64,000 nucleotides of DNA from Eutreptiella sp. 'Long Island Sound 2002' (GCA_964036045.1 OZ038378.1:45260001-45324000); one strand, 5' to 3'. Counted from the first letter of the stretch, positions 24,375 through 37,818 are shown. Program-made: numbers and translations. Notes: a model not told the origin generated them from the sequence alone.

Positions 24375-27300
24375 GTGTCACTCTGTGGGGCGCTTGCGGG
24401 GGATGGTTGTCCCCCCAAAAGGCTCTTGATCACGGGCTAGGCGGACGTAGTGTCCGGCCGTGTAGGTGGTTGCAACTTGTCGGGGGCTTGTGGGCGTTGG
24501 ATATCCCCCAAAAGGCGCAGGATCATGGGCTCGTGGGACAAAGTGGTATGCCATGCCGTTGGTTGCACCTTGTGGGGCGCCTACGAGGGATGGCTGTCCC
24601 ACGGGCCAGGGTCACAAAATGTCCCGGGGTGCCGGTAGTCGCACCTTGTGGGGCACTTGCAGGGGATGGTTGTGGTCGCACCCTGTTGGGCGCCTGCTGG
24701 GGATGGCTGTCCCCCAAAAGGTGTGGGATCCCGGGCTCGGGGGACAAAGTGTCCAGCCGTGCCGTTGTTTGCGACCTATGGGGCGCGTGCGGGGGATGGT
24801 CGTCCCCAAAAAAGCACGGGATCCATGGCCGAAGGTCGAAGGGTCCCCTAGTTCCGGTGGTCGCACCTTGTGGGGCACCTGCGGGCGATGGCCGTGCCCC
24901 AAAAGCTATGGGATCACAGCTTGGGGAGATGAAATGTCCCGGCGTGCTTGTGGTTGCACGTTGTGGGGTGCCTGCGGGCGATGTCTGTCCCCCGGAAGGC
25001 ATGGGATCACGAGCCAGGGGGACGAACTGGTCTGCAACGCTGATGTTTGCTAGGCGTGGGGTGCCTTCGAACAATGGTTGTCTCCCAAAAGGCGCAGGAT
25101 ATGCGCCAGGGGAAAGAAGTGTCCCACCGTGCCGGTGGACGCACATTTGGGGGGCGCCTAGGGGGATGGTGCTGCCTTAAAAGGCACGGGATCATGGGCC
25201 GGGGGAACGAAAGGTCCTGCCGTGCCAGTGGGCGGTCCCTGGGGCGGTTGTGGAGCACGGCTGGGGAGACGAAGTGTCCCGCCGTGCCTATATTGGCACT
25301 TTGTGTGGCGGCTTCGGGGGATGGCTATCCACCGAAAGGCGGGGGATCATGGGGCGGGGGATGAAGCGTCCCATCGTTGTTGTGGTGGCGCCTTTTGGGC
25401 CGCTTGCGGGGGATGGTTGTCCCCAAAAAGGCGTGGGATCACAGGCCGGTGGGATGAATTGCCGCGCCGTGTTGGTGGTTGCTACCTGTCTGGTGCTTGA
25501 GCGGCGTGACTGCCGTCCAAAAGGCGCGGGATCACAGGCTCGGGGGACGATCTTTCCCGCCGTGCCGGTGGTAGCATTCAGCTGGACGCTTGCGGGGGAT
25601 GCCCATCTCCCAAAAGGCGCGGGATTCCGTGACAAGGGGTTGAAGTGTCCCATCTTGCTGGTGGTCACGCCTTGTGGGGTGCTTGTGAGGGATTGTTGTC
25701 CCCCAAAAGGCACAGGATCACAACCCGGAGGGCATGAAGTGCCTGTTGTGCAACCGGTGGGTGCTACCTACGGGGCGGTTGCGGGGTGTGGCCGACTCCC
25801 AAAGGCTAAGGGATTACAGAGCTTGCGGATGAAGTGTCCTGCCACGCCGGTGGTGGCACTGTGTGGCGCGCTACGGGAGATGGTTGTTCCTAAAGGGCCC
25901 GTGATCACTGCCTAGGGGGACGAAATGTCCCGTTGTGTTGGTGGTTCCAACATGTGGGGTGCTTGCGGGCATTGGATGTCCCCCAAAAGGCGCGGGATCA
26001 TGGGCTCCGGGGACAAAGTGTCCCGCCGTGCCGTTGGTCACACTCTGTGGGTTGCCTACGAGGGATGGCTGTCCCGCGGGCCGGGGGCACAAAATGTCCT
26101 GGGGTGCCGGTAGTTGCACCTTGTGGGGCACTTGGAGGGGATGGCTATGGTCACTACCTGTGGGGTGCCTGCTGGGGGTGAATGCGCAGGATATAGGGCG
26201 GAGAGGTCGAAGTGCCCCGGCGTGCCAGTGGTTGCATTTTGTGGGGGTACCTACTAGCGATGGTTGTCCCCCAAAAGGGATGGGATCACGGCCCGGATGA
26301 ACAAGTTGTGCCCGAACGTGCGGGTGGTAGCAGATTGTGTGGTGCGTGCGGGCGATGTCTGTCCCCCGAAAGGCGTGGGATCACGAGCCCGGGAGACAAA
26401 TTGGCCTGCAGCGCCGTTGTTTGCTGCCTATGGGGTGCCTTTGAACAATGTTTTTCTCCCAAAAGGCGCGGCATCACGGACCATGGGGTCAAAGTGTCCC
26501 AGCGTGCCGGCGCACGTTTGGGGGGCGCCTGCAGGGGACGGCGGTGCCTTAACAGGCACGGGATCATGGGCCGGGGGGGATGAAGTGTCCTGCCGTGCCG
26601 GTGGGCGCTCTTTGTGGGGCTGCTATGGAGCATGGCCATCCCCAAAAAGGCGCGGGGTCATGGGCCGGGGAGAGGAAGTGTCCCACCGTGCCAGCAGCGA
26701 TAGTTTGTGGGGGCGGCTTGGGGGGGTGGCTTTCCCGAACAGGCTTGGGATCAAGGGGTGGGGGATGATGTGTCCCTTTGTAGTTGTGGTTGCGCCTTTT
26801 GGGCTGCTTGCGGGGACGGTTGTCCCCCAAACGGCCCGGAATCACGGGCCGGCGGGATGAACTGTCCCGCCGTGCTAGTGGTTGCTCCCTGTCAGGTGCT
26901 GGAGGGGCGTGGCTACTGCCCAAAAGGCGCGGGATCGAAGGCTGGGGGGATGATTTTTGCCGCCGTGCCCATGGTCGCATGCAGCTGGACGCCTGTGGCG
27001 GATGCCTATCCCCCAAAAGGCGCGGGATCAAGTGACAAGGGGTTGAAGTGTCCTGTCGTGCGGGTTTCGAGGGACAACCATCCCCTAGTAGGTGCCCCAC
27101 AACCTACAACCACGTACATGGTAGGACAGTTCATCCCACCGGTCCGTGATCACGAGCCTTTTTGGGGACAACCATCCCTCCCAAGCGCCCCAAGCAGTGG
27201 CAGCACCAGTGCGCGAGGACCATTCATCCACAAGCCACGTGATCCCGCAACTTTTTGGGGACGGCCAAACCCCGCAACCGCCCCATAGATAGCACCTGCG

Positions 27301-27647
27301 GGTACGCCAGAATACTTCATGCCCTCCGGCTTGTGATCTTGCGCCTTTTGGGGGACAAGCATCCCTCGCAAGCGCCCCACAAGGCGCGCCCACCGCCTTG
27401 CTGGGGGGACGAAGTGTCCTGCAATGCCGCCGGTCCCAACTTGTGATGCGCATATGGGGAGTGGTTGTCCTTTCACAGGCACGGGATCACGAGCCGGGGA
27501 GACAAAGTTTCGTGCCGTGCCGTGGTCCGCAACTTTTCGGACGCCGTCGGACGATGGGCCTACCCAAAAAAGCGCGGATTGCGGGGCCGAGCGGTCGAAA
27601 TATCCCAACCTGCCGGTGGTTGCACCTTGTGGGGCACCTGGGGGCAA
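24375..27647. repeat. GC-rich degenerate satellite, ~85-bp unit, resuming at 29051-29230
   Basis: Unit approximates GTGGTTGCACCTTGTGGGGCGCCTGCGGGGGATGGCTGTCCCCCAAAAGGCGCGGGATCACGGGCCGGGGGACGAAGTGTCCCGCCGTGCC; an inverted block lies at ~27060-27400. Confidence 0.9.
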
Positions 27648-27889
27648 CAGCTATGTGTATAGCAACCTAGTCGGCTATCAGACATCAGACATCAGACTTT
27701 TATGGACCATCACCCCCAACCCCCCCCCCACCCCAACACCCTTTCTAATCCCCCCCCCTGTGTCAGACTTCGCCCCCCCCCCCCCCGTGTCCCCCCCAAT
27801 ATCACACTTGTCCCATTGTCACCACACCCTTGAGGTGTAGAAGTGGGTTGTGGTCTCGACCCTAGCGTCTGAAACCCAACCAGTGCTTG

Positions 27890-28460
27890 CAACCCCTTCA
27901 ATGATGGTACGTGCCCCCCCCCCCACCACCTTAGCACCCCCCCCATCAATTTCATATGCCCCCCATCAATTTCATAGCCCCCCCCCCATCAATTTCATAG
28001 CCCCCCGCCCCCTTAACAATTCCATAGCCCCCCCCATCAATTTCATAGCCCCCCCCCATCCATTTCATAGCCCTACCCCCCATCAATTCCATAGCCCCAA
28101 CCCCATCAATTTCATAGGTCCCCCCCATTCAATTTCATAGCCCCCCCCCATTGATTTCATAGCCCCCTGCCCTATCAATTTTATAACCCCCCCTTTGTCA
28201 ATTTCATAGCCCCTCCCCCATCAATTTCATAGCCCCGCCCCCATCCATTTCATAGCCCCCCCCATTAATTTCATACGCCCCCCTATCAATTTCATAGCCC
28301 CCCCCCCCATCCAATACATAGCCCCCCCCCTATCAATTTCATAGCCCCCCCCCATCAATTTCATAGCCCCACCCCCATGAATTTCATAGGTTCCCCCCAT
28401 TCAATTTCATAGCCCCCCCCCCTTTGACTTCATAGCCCCCCCCCCCCCCCCCATTGATTC
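27890..28460. repeat. (CCCCCCATCAATTTCATAG)n minisatellite inside the hAT element
   Basis: Over 20 units of ~20-24 bp with variable C-runs. Confidence 0.95.
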
Positions 28461-28477
28461 ACAGAGGGGTGTAGACC

Positions 28478-28790
28478 CCTGTTAGGAATTGGCGCGTGGG
28501 CACGCGCTGATTCCTAGGGGGGTCTAGACCCCCCAAATATTTGACGGACATGCATCCGTCAGATATTTTGGGGGTGTAGCCCCCCTAGATAACTGACGCA
28601 TGGACATGCGTCAAATATTTGACGGACATACATCCGTCAAATATTTTGGGGGTGTAGACCCCCCAAATATTTGACGGATGTATGTCCGTCAAATATTTTG
28701 GGGTGTAGACCCCCCAAATATTTGACGGATGTATGTCCGTCAAATATTTTGGGGGTGTAGACCCCCCAAATATTTGACGGATGTATGTCT
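28478..28790. repeat. Tandem array of long palindromes, ~50-bp unit
   Basis: CCCCCAAATATTTGACGGA-N6-TCCGTCAAATATTTTGGGGG units separated by TGTAGA. Confidence 0.95.
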
Positions 28791-31700
28791 TTTTTACTGC
28801 TGTACTGCCATGTTTCTGATTGTCCAAGGTGGTTCCCCGATGATTTTTCAACTGTGTCCTCCCTTTTTTTTTTTTCATTTGGGGGGGGGGGGTTGATTTA
28901 GATTTAGGCATAATTTCTCCCAATTTCCTCTAGGCATTGGACCCCTAGACCCACCTCGGGTAGATAAGAATATCTGACATCTTCTTGGACAGACCGCACA
29001 CACAACATCCCTGATCGGACATCAGACATCAAACTTTATACACATAGCTGGGGGGCAATGGCCGTCCCCCCAAAGGCCTGGATCATGAGGCGGCGGCATG
29101 AGTTGACTTGGCTTGTGCTCAGCCATTACAGTGGCTTGGTTCTTCCACACCCCTTATTGTCTAGCGGCCACACTATGGTGCGGGGGTTTGGTCCCCGTCA
29201 TGGGCAACCGTCCCCCTCACGGGCGACCACCTAGTTTCCCCCGGGGTTCGACTGACGCCTCATCACTCCCACCCTCACCTCGCCATACCTGATGATAGGC
29301 CCCTTGCAAGCTGGGTCCTGTGTCGGTGCACTCACTAACAGTCCCAGCTCCACATTGCCTTGTTCCAGTGACAGCACACCTGGGTCAAGGCGCGTGGAAC
29401 ACGACCTGCACCCCGCGGCGGCGCCGCCACGCCGTCGCGAGCTCGCAGACCGCGAGCCACGCCCCTGCCTCGGTGTCACGCCCCGCGCGGGAGTAGTGGT
29501 GCTGCAGGGCTGGCAGCACGGTGTACGACACGGCGTACACCCGTGGGATGGAGGCCAGCACCGCGGCGGCGGCTACGTGCTTGTCCCTGGGCGGGGCGAG
29601 GGGCCTGTCGCCCCGCAAGAGGCACCGGATGGAGCCGCCGTGGGTGATACCCACTCAATGGCCTCCGGAGCCCTCTGCCTCGTTGTCCCACCCATCCACC
29701 AGGAGCACCCGGCGCTGGGGGGCGTCGATTCCAGGGCCGCGGGGCGGCTGCTCCGGCTCGGCAGGCCGGGAGGGGGCCTTGGTCCCAGAGGGGAGGCAGC
29801 AGGGGGGCGACCTGGGACAGCTGCACGCCCTCCCTCCAATGGAGGCGGGGGGACCGCCAGAGTGGGGCCGCCTGGCCATACCGCCAGCCGAGGGCACTGG
29901 GGGACGCAATTCAGGGTCGACAGCCCCCACCTGGGGTTCGCGACGGTGTCCGTTCAGTGGAGGAAGCATCCCATGAGGCTGTCCTCCATCCGGAAAAGGC
30001 GGGGGGGGCGACCCCTCGAGGGCATAGAGGGCGCAGGCGACGGCTGCAAGGGTCCTCTCCGAGCGCTAGCGGCGAGGGGGCAGCGCGAGGCTCACCTGGG
30101 CGAGCCAGCGGCGGATGGCCGGTGCCGGGTCGCCCCGCATCACCCAGCGACGCATTTGCTGCTCCCAAGCCAGCCGGCGGCCGCAAGAGAGTGGCTGCAT
30201 CCCGCGCTGGCCCATCGGGTACGGGGACGGCGGCGGGAGGGCTCGGTACGGAGGGTACACGAAGGTGCGGCGGGTCATTCTGCGTGTGTACTGCGCTGCA
30301 CAGAGCACGAGGGCCGACGCCGCACCTCTCGGTGGGGGGGTGGGGGTACCACGTAGGCATTCCGGGTCCAAGACTGCAATCGCGCCTTGCCCGAACATCC
30401 CCCTGGGGTGGCCGTGCCCTTGGGCCCCGCGTCTAGCCGTACCGGGCCGGGCCCGCCTACGGGGGGGGGCTTCGTCCTCGCAACCCCGGGGGTCTGACTG
30501 CGGCGCTCCGCTCCTTGTCCCCCCTGCCTACACTGTTGTGCGTCGCTGCAAGTCACGCCGCGCACTGCCCTGTCCCACCCGCGCCCGCTGGTCCCTCTGC
30601 CCTGCGGCCGGTGCTGTGGGCCCAGCCGCCCCCTCCGCTGCCCTGTATCCGTCCTGGGGCGCGCGCCGGGCCGTAGGGTGTCCTCCGCCGCCCCGGGGGG
30701 GGGGGGGGGGCGGTGGCCCCTCGCCTGGCGAACCGGGTCGCGCCCGCGCCGTGGTGGACCCGCACCTGGTTTCCTCCATCTGCACCCCCGCCGTCCCCCC
30801 CCCCGCTGCCCGTGCGGGTCGCTGCACCCCCCCCCCCCCCCGGTCGCTGGTACTCGGAGGACCAGGCGGAGGCACAGGCAGAGGCACAGTCGCAAGCAAG
30901 CAGAGCGGGGACTAGTCCAGTCATTCGCTGCGAATCGCTTGTCTTCGTCGTCGTGCTGCGCGGGTGCCGCTGTCCGCCCACTGCGGGGTCGACTGTGCAC
31001 TCTGGTGCCCATTCAAACTGGGCCAGCCGTGTGCTTTTGGGCCGTCCGGAGGGCTTGCCGGTCAGGGAGGGCAGGGCTGTGCGGGGGGAGGTGCGCCGCC
31101 GCTCGGGGGGGCGAGGTCATGGCCCGCCGGAGTTGCATCGTCCCGCTGGTCCCGGCGGCGGGTGGCCCTGGGGCTATGTACAGCACCAGAGGTCCCAGCC
31201 TTGGGCGGGAGGGGTGCCCGCCCGCGGGCTAAGCGGGCCCCCCCGCGATGCCGGGGCAAGGGGGGGGCGGGGGCGGGAGGGAGAGGGAGGAGGGGGGGGG
31301 GGCGATTAGCTGAGGAGGTACTCGTCGTCCTCGTTGGCGTCGAGTTTCAGGCCCAGGTCGAGGTTGCCCGCCCATGGCTCGGGATCTTCGTTCGCCCCCG
31401 GCTGGTCACGCGGGGGCGCTTCCTCCACGGGGACAAAGGCTCCCAGGGCCGCGAGGAGGCCGGGTGGCGCCGTGCCCGCCGGGAACACCAGCAGGGGCCC
31501 ATCGTTGAGCGGCTGGAGGGTGCTGCCCGGGAAAAGCGCCCGGCTGGTCGTTGGCGGGGCCAAAACCACCTCCGGGGTGGCACCGTGCAGGGACGGCGGG
31601 GCGCCAACGCCGAGGACCATGTCCGGGCACGCCCCGCGTTCCGCGGGGTCCAGCACGGATACGGGGATGGCGCGGCGCACTACCTCCGGCGTGGTCGTGC

Positions 31701-32073
31701 TACCGAGCACGCGGATTCGCCCATGGCATAGCGCAGCACGGTGCCCGCGCCTGCGAAGGGGCAGGATAGGCCCGCCGGCCACTCGCATTCCCCGGCCCGC
31801 ATCAGGCGCGACCACCGGGAGGGCGGTTGGAGCACCACCCAATCCCCCACAGCCCGCAGGTATCCTGCCGTCACGGCGGCACGCTCACGGGCTAGCCAAC
31901 GCTGCGGGGCCACGGCCCATAGGAGCCGCGACCATGTGACTGCCACATCCCAGGCCGCGCTCTCGGTCTTGTAGCGGGTACGTGCCGTCGCGCGCCATGC
32001 CCAGGCCCCGCGCTGCCAGGTCATGGGTCCGCGCCTGGAGGTCGGAGAGGAGGCCGGACCACTAGGTGTTGTG

Positions 32074-32430
32074 CTACGCGGGCACATACAGGTCGGGGTG
32101 GCCGCGCCCCAGGGCCTCCGCGAAGGCGACTCGTACCCTCTCCACCCAGGGGGACTGGGAGGGGACGCCCCCGTCACTGCTGAGGGTGGCGGAGGTGCAG
32201 TCTGCCCCCACGTATTGGACTGCTTTGCGGGCGACCTCCAGCGATTCGGCGAGGGGCCACGCCTCCAGCTTGCCTGCCCAATCCGCGGCCGAGAGGCTGG
32301 CGGCCCGCGGCAGGACCCCAGAGGCCGCGGTCGCCAAACCCCCCTGGGCGTCCTCTACCAGCGCGCCCCAGCCCACGGTGTCGCCGTCCGGCCTGGACTC
32401 CATCGCGCCATCCGGTGCCAAGAGGACACC
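32074..32430 (-). pseudogene. RNase H-like domain of LINE A
   Basis: VLLAPDGA...VGWGALV...AADWAGKLEA...YVGADCTSA follows RNase H motif spacing, downstream of the RT. Confidence 0.65.
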
Positions 32431-33268
32431 TCCGGAATCGTACGGCCGCTACACCCGAGTGTCCACCGCCGCGGGCTGCGCCGCGGCGGCCGGAACGACG
32501 TGCACCTCCAGGTGGGTTTTGCCCATAGTGTGGAACAGGCGTTCGTGGTCCGGACCGTCCAGGCCCTTCCAGTGGTCCGGGTGCCTGAGGGCTTGGATGT
32601 TTTCGTGGACGAGCACGCTGCGCGAGTCCATGGCCCTAAGGTACCTTTGAACATGCCGGAGTGGCATCCGGCTGTACAGGTGGGCCAAGCCAAAGCCCCC
32701 GCTGGCTACTGCCCTTGGTACACGCTAGAATACCCAATCTCGTTCTAGCCTAGAATCGGCTAGAGCGGCTAGAACCAAAAAAAGAGGGGGATACCCCCCC
32801 CCTGCAGGGGGGGGGGATGAGGTGTCTAACCTGGACCCCCCTATCCATACTCGGGGGCCCATACTTTTTTTTTTGACAATTTCACTCTTCCTACCCGATT
32901 TTGGAGTGCAACCAATTTTTGTTCGAGCGGCGTTCTAGCGACGTTCTAGCGAGCGCTGCTAGAACACCGCTAGAACGGTTTGTTAGAACGCCGCTAGAAC
33001 AATATATATGAATGCTCCGCCACTCCTCAAAGAGAAGCTGCCCCGGCTACCATGGCCAGCCGTGGCCAATCACGGAGTCCCGATGTTGGACTCGACTCAC
33101 GGAGCGCCGGGTTCCCCCCCCTCCACCCCCGGTTAGCCCGGTTAGTACCCCACCGCACCCCATAGGTCACTTGGAAGGTCACTTGGCGGGCCGGCGCCGG
33201 GTCACTTGGTGATGGGTTAGACCGATTAGCCCGGTTAGCCCGATTAGCCCCCCTACCCCCCCCGGCCC

Positions 33269-35725
33269 CTATTCGCGAGTTGCGACACGCAGGTTACCCC
33301 TCCTTCGTGGTGGGGGGTTGCCAGGGCTCATCCTTGCTCCTGGAACCCCCCTTCTCACCCCCCGTGTCCCCTTCCTTCTCACCCCCCTTGTCACCCCCCA
33401 CCTCACCCCCCTTGTCACCCCCCTCCCCCTTGTCACCACCCTCGTCCCCCTCGTCAGCCCCGTCATCCCCGTCGTCCCCGTCGTCCCCCGCCCCAAGGCC
33501 TCCCAGAGGTGGGCCTCCGCATCCTCCCGGGTGCGGAAGAGAAGCTCCCCCGGCACCCGGAAGGTGTCCCCCTCTTTCTCCCCCTTCCTCTTCTTCCCCT
33601 TCTTCCCCTTCTTCCCCCCCTCCCCCTCCCCATTGGACCCCTGCGACACCACCCACCACTCCCCCTGGTCCAACTCCTCATCCCAATCCCCCAACACTGT
33701 CACTTGGCTGATTGTCCCCCCATTGCCCCCCTCCGCCCAAGGGACATACCGGGTGTCCCCCAGACCCGGCACATTCCCATAGGGGTCCCGGCCCCTATCT
33801 TGCAAGGGGGGGGGCTTGGGGTTTGGGGGGGGGTGGCTTTGCCCTTGCCCTTGGCCTGGGGCTTGGCCTTGGCCTTGGGCTTGCTGTGCTCGGCTTGGGG
33901 GGGGGGGGGGGCTCCTCGTCGCTACTCTCGAAGTGGCGGGGTTTTTTCTTGGGGGCCTTGGGGGGGGTTTTGGGGGCCTTGGGGGGGGTGTCCTCCCCCT
34001 GCTGCTGGTGGTGGTGGTGGTGGTGGTGGTGCTGCTGCTGCTGCTGCTGGTCTCCCCCGCCCGGTCCTGCAAGCTCACCCAACCCTTGCGCTGCGGGTCC
34101 ATGCCCCCCGCACTCGTGCCTGATTTCCACCTACCCAAACCCTCCAACAGGCAGAGAGCCACATTGTGGTCCGTCCCCATCATCCGGCCCAACTCGGTGA
34201 CCCCCACGAGGCGCGTCCGCCCTCCGCCATCGCGCCACTCCACGCGCACCCCGCGGGGGTCGGCTCCACACGTCTGCACGCTGACAGCCTGACGACAAAA
34301 CCATAATGCAGGTGCGTTCTAGCGGCTTTCTAGGCAACTGTTCTAGCGGCGTTCTAGCGACGTTCTAGCGGCGGCGGCACGGCGTTGGCTAGATCAAGAC
34401 TAGAACAGTTCGCTAGATTAGCGCTAAAACGCAATCAACATACTGTGCCTTGGCGGTCCAGGGCGGGGGAGATGGCCCCCAGGGCCTTGGCGAAGGCGTC
34501 CCGGGGTTTGGGGGGGTGCGGTTGCGGGGGGGGCCCAGGGGGGGTTGCGGCGGGCTTGGGCTTGGCCTAGGGCCGAAAGGCGATGCCCTGCACCACCCCG
34601 GCATACGCCCCCCGGTTCGCCGCCTCGGGGTTGAAACCCCCGAAGTCCATCAGCGCCGACCAGGTCGGCGTCTAGGTCCAGACCTTCCCCGCATACTCAA
34701 ACCCCCCCAAGCCTAGCCCCTGCCAGCAGTTGGCGACGAATTGCCAGTGGGTGGCCCCCCCCTTTTTCCTCTCGGGGCCGAAGATGTTGGTTTGCGCCAA
34801 TCCGAACATCTTCACCCCTCAGGTTGCCACCCCCACCACCCGTTGGCCACCCCTAGGCGCAAGGGCCTGTCCAAGTGGCCAACCCCCCCCTCGTCCACCC
34901 ATACCCGCGGCCCCGCCCCCAACAGCTAGTGGTGCAATCGCACCAACAAAACCGGAGAGTCCAAACCGGACTCTCCGGGGCGACAAGGAGGGGGGTGTCC
35001 AGGTTTTGGGGGGTGGGGGCCAGCCAGGACGGCCGGGTCCCATGGCAGGTCCTGGATGGCCCCCGCATGCCTCGACCCCATCATCGTCCTGAGCCACTCG
35101 CTCACCCTCCCCACCGCCGGCGTCTCCACCACCACGTTCGCCTCCACCTCCTCCTTCACCATCCCCTCCTCCATCTCCTCCGCCTCCTCTTCCACCTCCA
35201 CCACCTCATCCACCTCCTCCTCCTTCACCTTCTACACTGTGCGCGCCAACTCTCTCTCCATCCTCCGCACGCTGCGATCGAGCGACTCGATCGCCTCCTC
35301 CTTCTCCGCCACCTTGGCCTTCGCCCTGCGGAGAGTGTCCTCCGCCATGCGGACCCTCTCCGCATCCCCCGCCCCCCGCAGGTCGTCCAGTTTGGTCTCC
35401 CATGGGGAGACCTTGGCCTCGGCCCTGGCCTTGCCCCCCTTGGAGGCTGCGAGGGAAGCTGAGAGCCCTTTGAGCCCCCCCCACACTTCCTCCACCTCCG
35501 GGTCCTCCGCCGGGACCGCCACCGCCCACTTCGTGGCGACCAACGGGGGAGGGGGTGGCAATGGTGGACGTGGGGCTTGGGGTTGGGGCTGGGGCTTGGC
35601 CTTGGGCTTGGTGAGGGGGGGTGCCTTGCCCTTCGGGGCTTGCTCGGCCTGCTCGGCCTGCGCCTGCTGTGCCTGCTACTGCGCCGCCACCACCTGCGCA
35701 ATCAGCGCCTGGGTCGCCGCATTGT
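33269..35725 (-). pseudogene. Accessory gene of the TIR element: coiled-coil/acidic region, low-complexity region and a small Trp-containing domain
   Basis: Long coding-like frames with isolated TAG stops; GTATGT donor at 34443 starts a CTAG-rich putative intron; globular-looking segment GTISQVTV...GEWWVV...FRVPGELLFRTREDAEAHL. Confidence 0.5.
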
Positions 35726-36058
35726 GTAGGAAACACACGGGCGCTCTAGCGGCGTTCTAGGCAACCGTTCTAGCGGCGTTCTAGCGACGTTCTAGCGACC
35801 AATTGTGCTACCTAGATCAAGGCTAGAACGATCCCCTAGATCAGCGCTAGAACGCACAGCAAGACTTTATACTTTGCGCAGCTGCTTGTCCATCAACTCT
35901 TGCGATGCCATCTTGTTGCTCAATACTGTGGTTCAGGGAAGCCTGCATGTGACCCTGGCCCCTCCTTACCTCCATGGCATCCCTGCCCGAGTATGGCACT
36001 TGCGACCGCGGCCCCCCATGCACAACCCACGACACGTCAAAGTATGCAAGCAGCCATG

Positions 36059-37818
36059 TCATGCACTGTGCTTGCACATTGGCCTCCCTGTGGATGGCCG
36101 ACCACTGACGACCCGACACCTCGGCCACCCCCTCAATCCGGCAACCCCCCCCCCCCTCCCCCGGTTGCTGTGCTCGTTGTGACCATGTTTCAAAAAGTGG
36201 TTGTTGCTTTCCGAAATGTAACCCGAGAACATAGCCAGCCCAAATGGCTTAATGTTCTGCAACATGGTATCTACATCATGCTCAAGGCCCAATGGATACC
36301 ATGATGCTATTCCCACAGTACAGTGGCGCCGGAGATCGCGGGCCACGGCAGCACAGTTCAATGGGTTAGGGCCCTGATATGTACAATAGAGGGCCTCCAG
36401 CAGGTCCCACATGTTCGCGATGGCCTTGTACTTGGCCCTGCTCGGCCTAATGCCGAGGCACCTAGCAATATCCGGCCATGCGTAAAAAAAATAGGGTGTC
36501 TCTTCCCCGTCCGGGAAAGCTAACCCATTAACGCTCCAACCTGCACGCCTCTCCGATAGGAGAACTTGCAGGTCTTGACGGAGCGCAGGGGTGACCGACC
36601 TAGCCTCCCGGTCGACAAACTCCCCCAACAAGCGGCCCATGGCCATTGTCAAGTGCAAAATGCAAAAGACGACCCTGGCATGTGGCAATTTCAAAATCCG
36701 CTGTGTATTGCAGCCGGCGGCTTGCAAGGAAGGGGTCCCAAGGAGGAAGGCCGTGTAGTTGGCCTCATCACCCTCCATGGTCCGCGGGTCTTCGTTTGGG
36801 CATTCCAAATCCCCTCATTGAACATGGAGCCCACGTGGGGGCAAGTGGACACCCCGATCTCCCTTCGCGTCCACGGTTGATTCCCCTCGAGGATCACCTT
36901 TGCCTCCTCCTTGGAGGCCCCCCATTGGACCAGCCCCGTGTCGATGATGTCTTGAGTCACCTAAACACGAGACATGGGGGGTGGTGAATTTCGTTCTGGT
37001 CTAGTCCAATCTAGTTTCTAGCGAGCGGTGTTCGAGGCTGACTAGATCCAAACCAGAACGAGCGAAAGGCACCAGGTGAGAGGAGTACCTCCCAATTGCT
37101 CTTCCACAACGTCCCAAGGGTGTCCATGGCCTTGTCATCGCAATTGGCCATGCTCAACACCCAAAGGCCCGCGGGGGCGTGGGCCAAGCGGTCGAAGTTG
37201 GCCAAGGAGATGGTGAGTTGGGTCCAATTGCCCCAAGCCACGGGGTAGGCATCTCCCTGGACGATGAACGTCAACGGCAAGTTGCGGTTGATTGACCGCA
37301 CCAAGCCCGGCCGGGAGAGAATGTATGTGACCCATGAGGCGAAGGGCCATGAGATCCCGGTGGCCTTGGGCAACACCGTGGCAACGGGTTCATCCAATTG
37401 CACCGGGGCGACCAACTGGACGGGAGTAGGGGCTACCGGGGACGGTGCGGTGATACTCCAACTTAAGAAGCGTGTAGAGCTCCAAGAGGGTCCTCCACGA
37501 GGACTTGGGGGCCCTCATGTTGAGCACTAGTTCACACATGGCGGTGGGGGGGAGCAAGGAGGCGGTGTATGCCTCAACGGCGGCCTTGCATGCCTCACCC
37601 GTGGTACGGGTAGAAGTGGCGGAGTTCACATATTGAACGGCGTTGTTGAATTGCCGCCGTGCTAGGGGGCATGATAGCTCCCACGTGGCCAAGTAATGGC
37701 CCACCCGCTCATCCTTGAGGTTAGAAGCCCCACTCAACTCCCCTAGTGCCTTAGACAAGAGGGAAGTATCCTTCCCGGTTGAGGAGGGAGCAAGGGGGGA
37801 AGTGGCCGGGCGTTTCAT
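36059..37818 (-). pseudogene. RAG1/Transib-like DDE transposase, two exons, frameshifted
   Basis: FIVQGDAY (D1), LEGNQPW..G..TCP (D2 site reads N), VFCILHLTM, PDGEETPYFF, LEHDV...FGLAMFS...SESNNHFLK (E). 128-nt phase-0 GT-AG intron 37088-36961. Confidence 0.6.

Larger units (their letters stand above)
27648..29050. mobile_element. Non-autonomous hAT-type element (1403 bp) inserted in the satellite
   Basis: 14-bp TIR CAGCTATGTGTATA...TATACACATAGCTG and exact 8-bp TSD GGGGGCAA (27640-27647, 29051-29058). Confidence 0.9.

Noticed and set aside
23957-27670. Long G/C/P-rich ORFs
   Set aside because: Products of stop-poor GC-rich satellite; no domain motifs.
28460-28466. CACAGAG as an RSS-like/Transib terminus
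   Set aside because: It lies inside the hAT-type element with no matching opposite end; the RAG1-like element's real TIRs are at 32712 and 38035.
28478-28790. CRISPR-like array
   Set aside because: The intervening sequences are invariant 6-mers rather than unique spacers, there are no cas genes, and the context is a eukaryotic TIR element.
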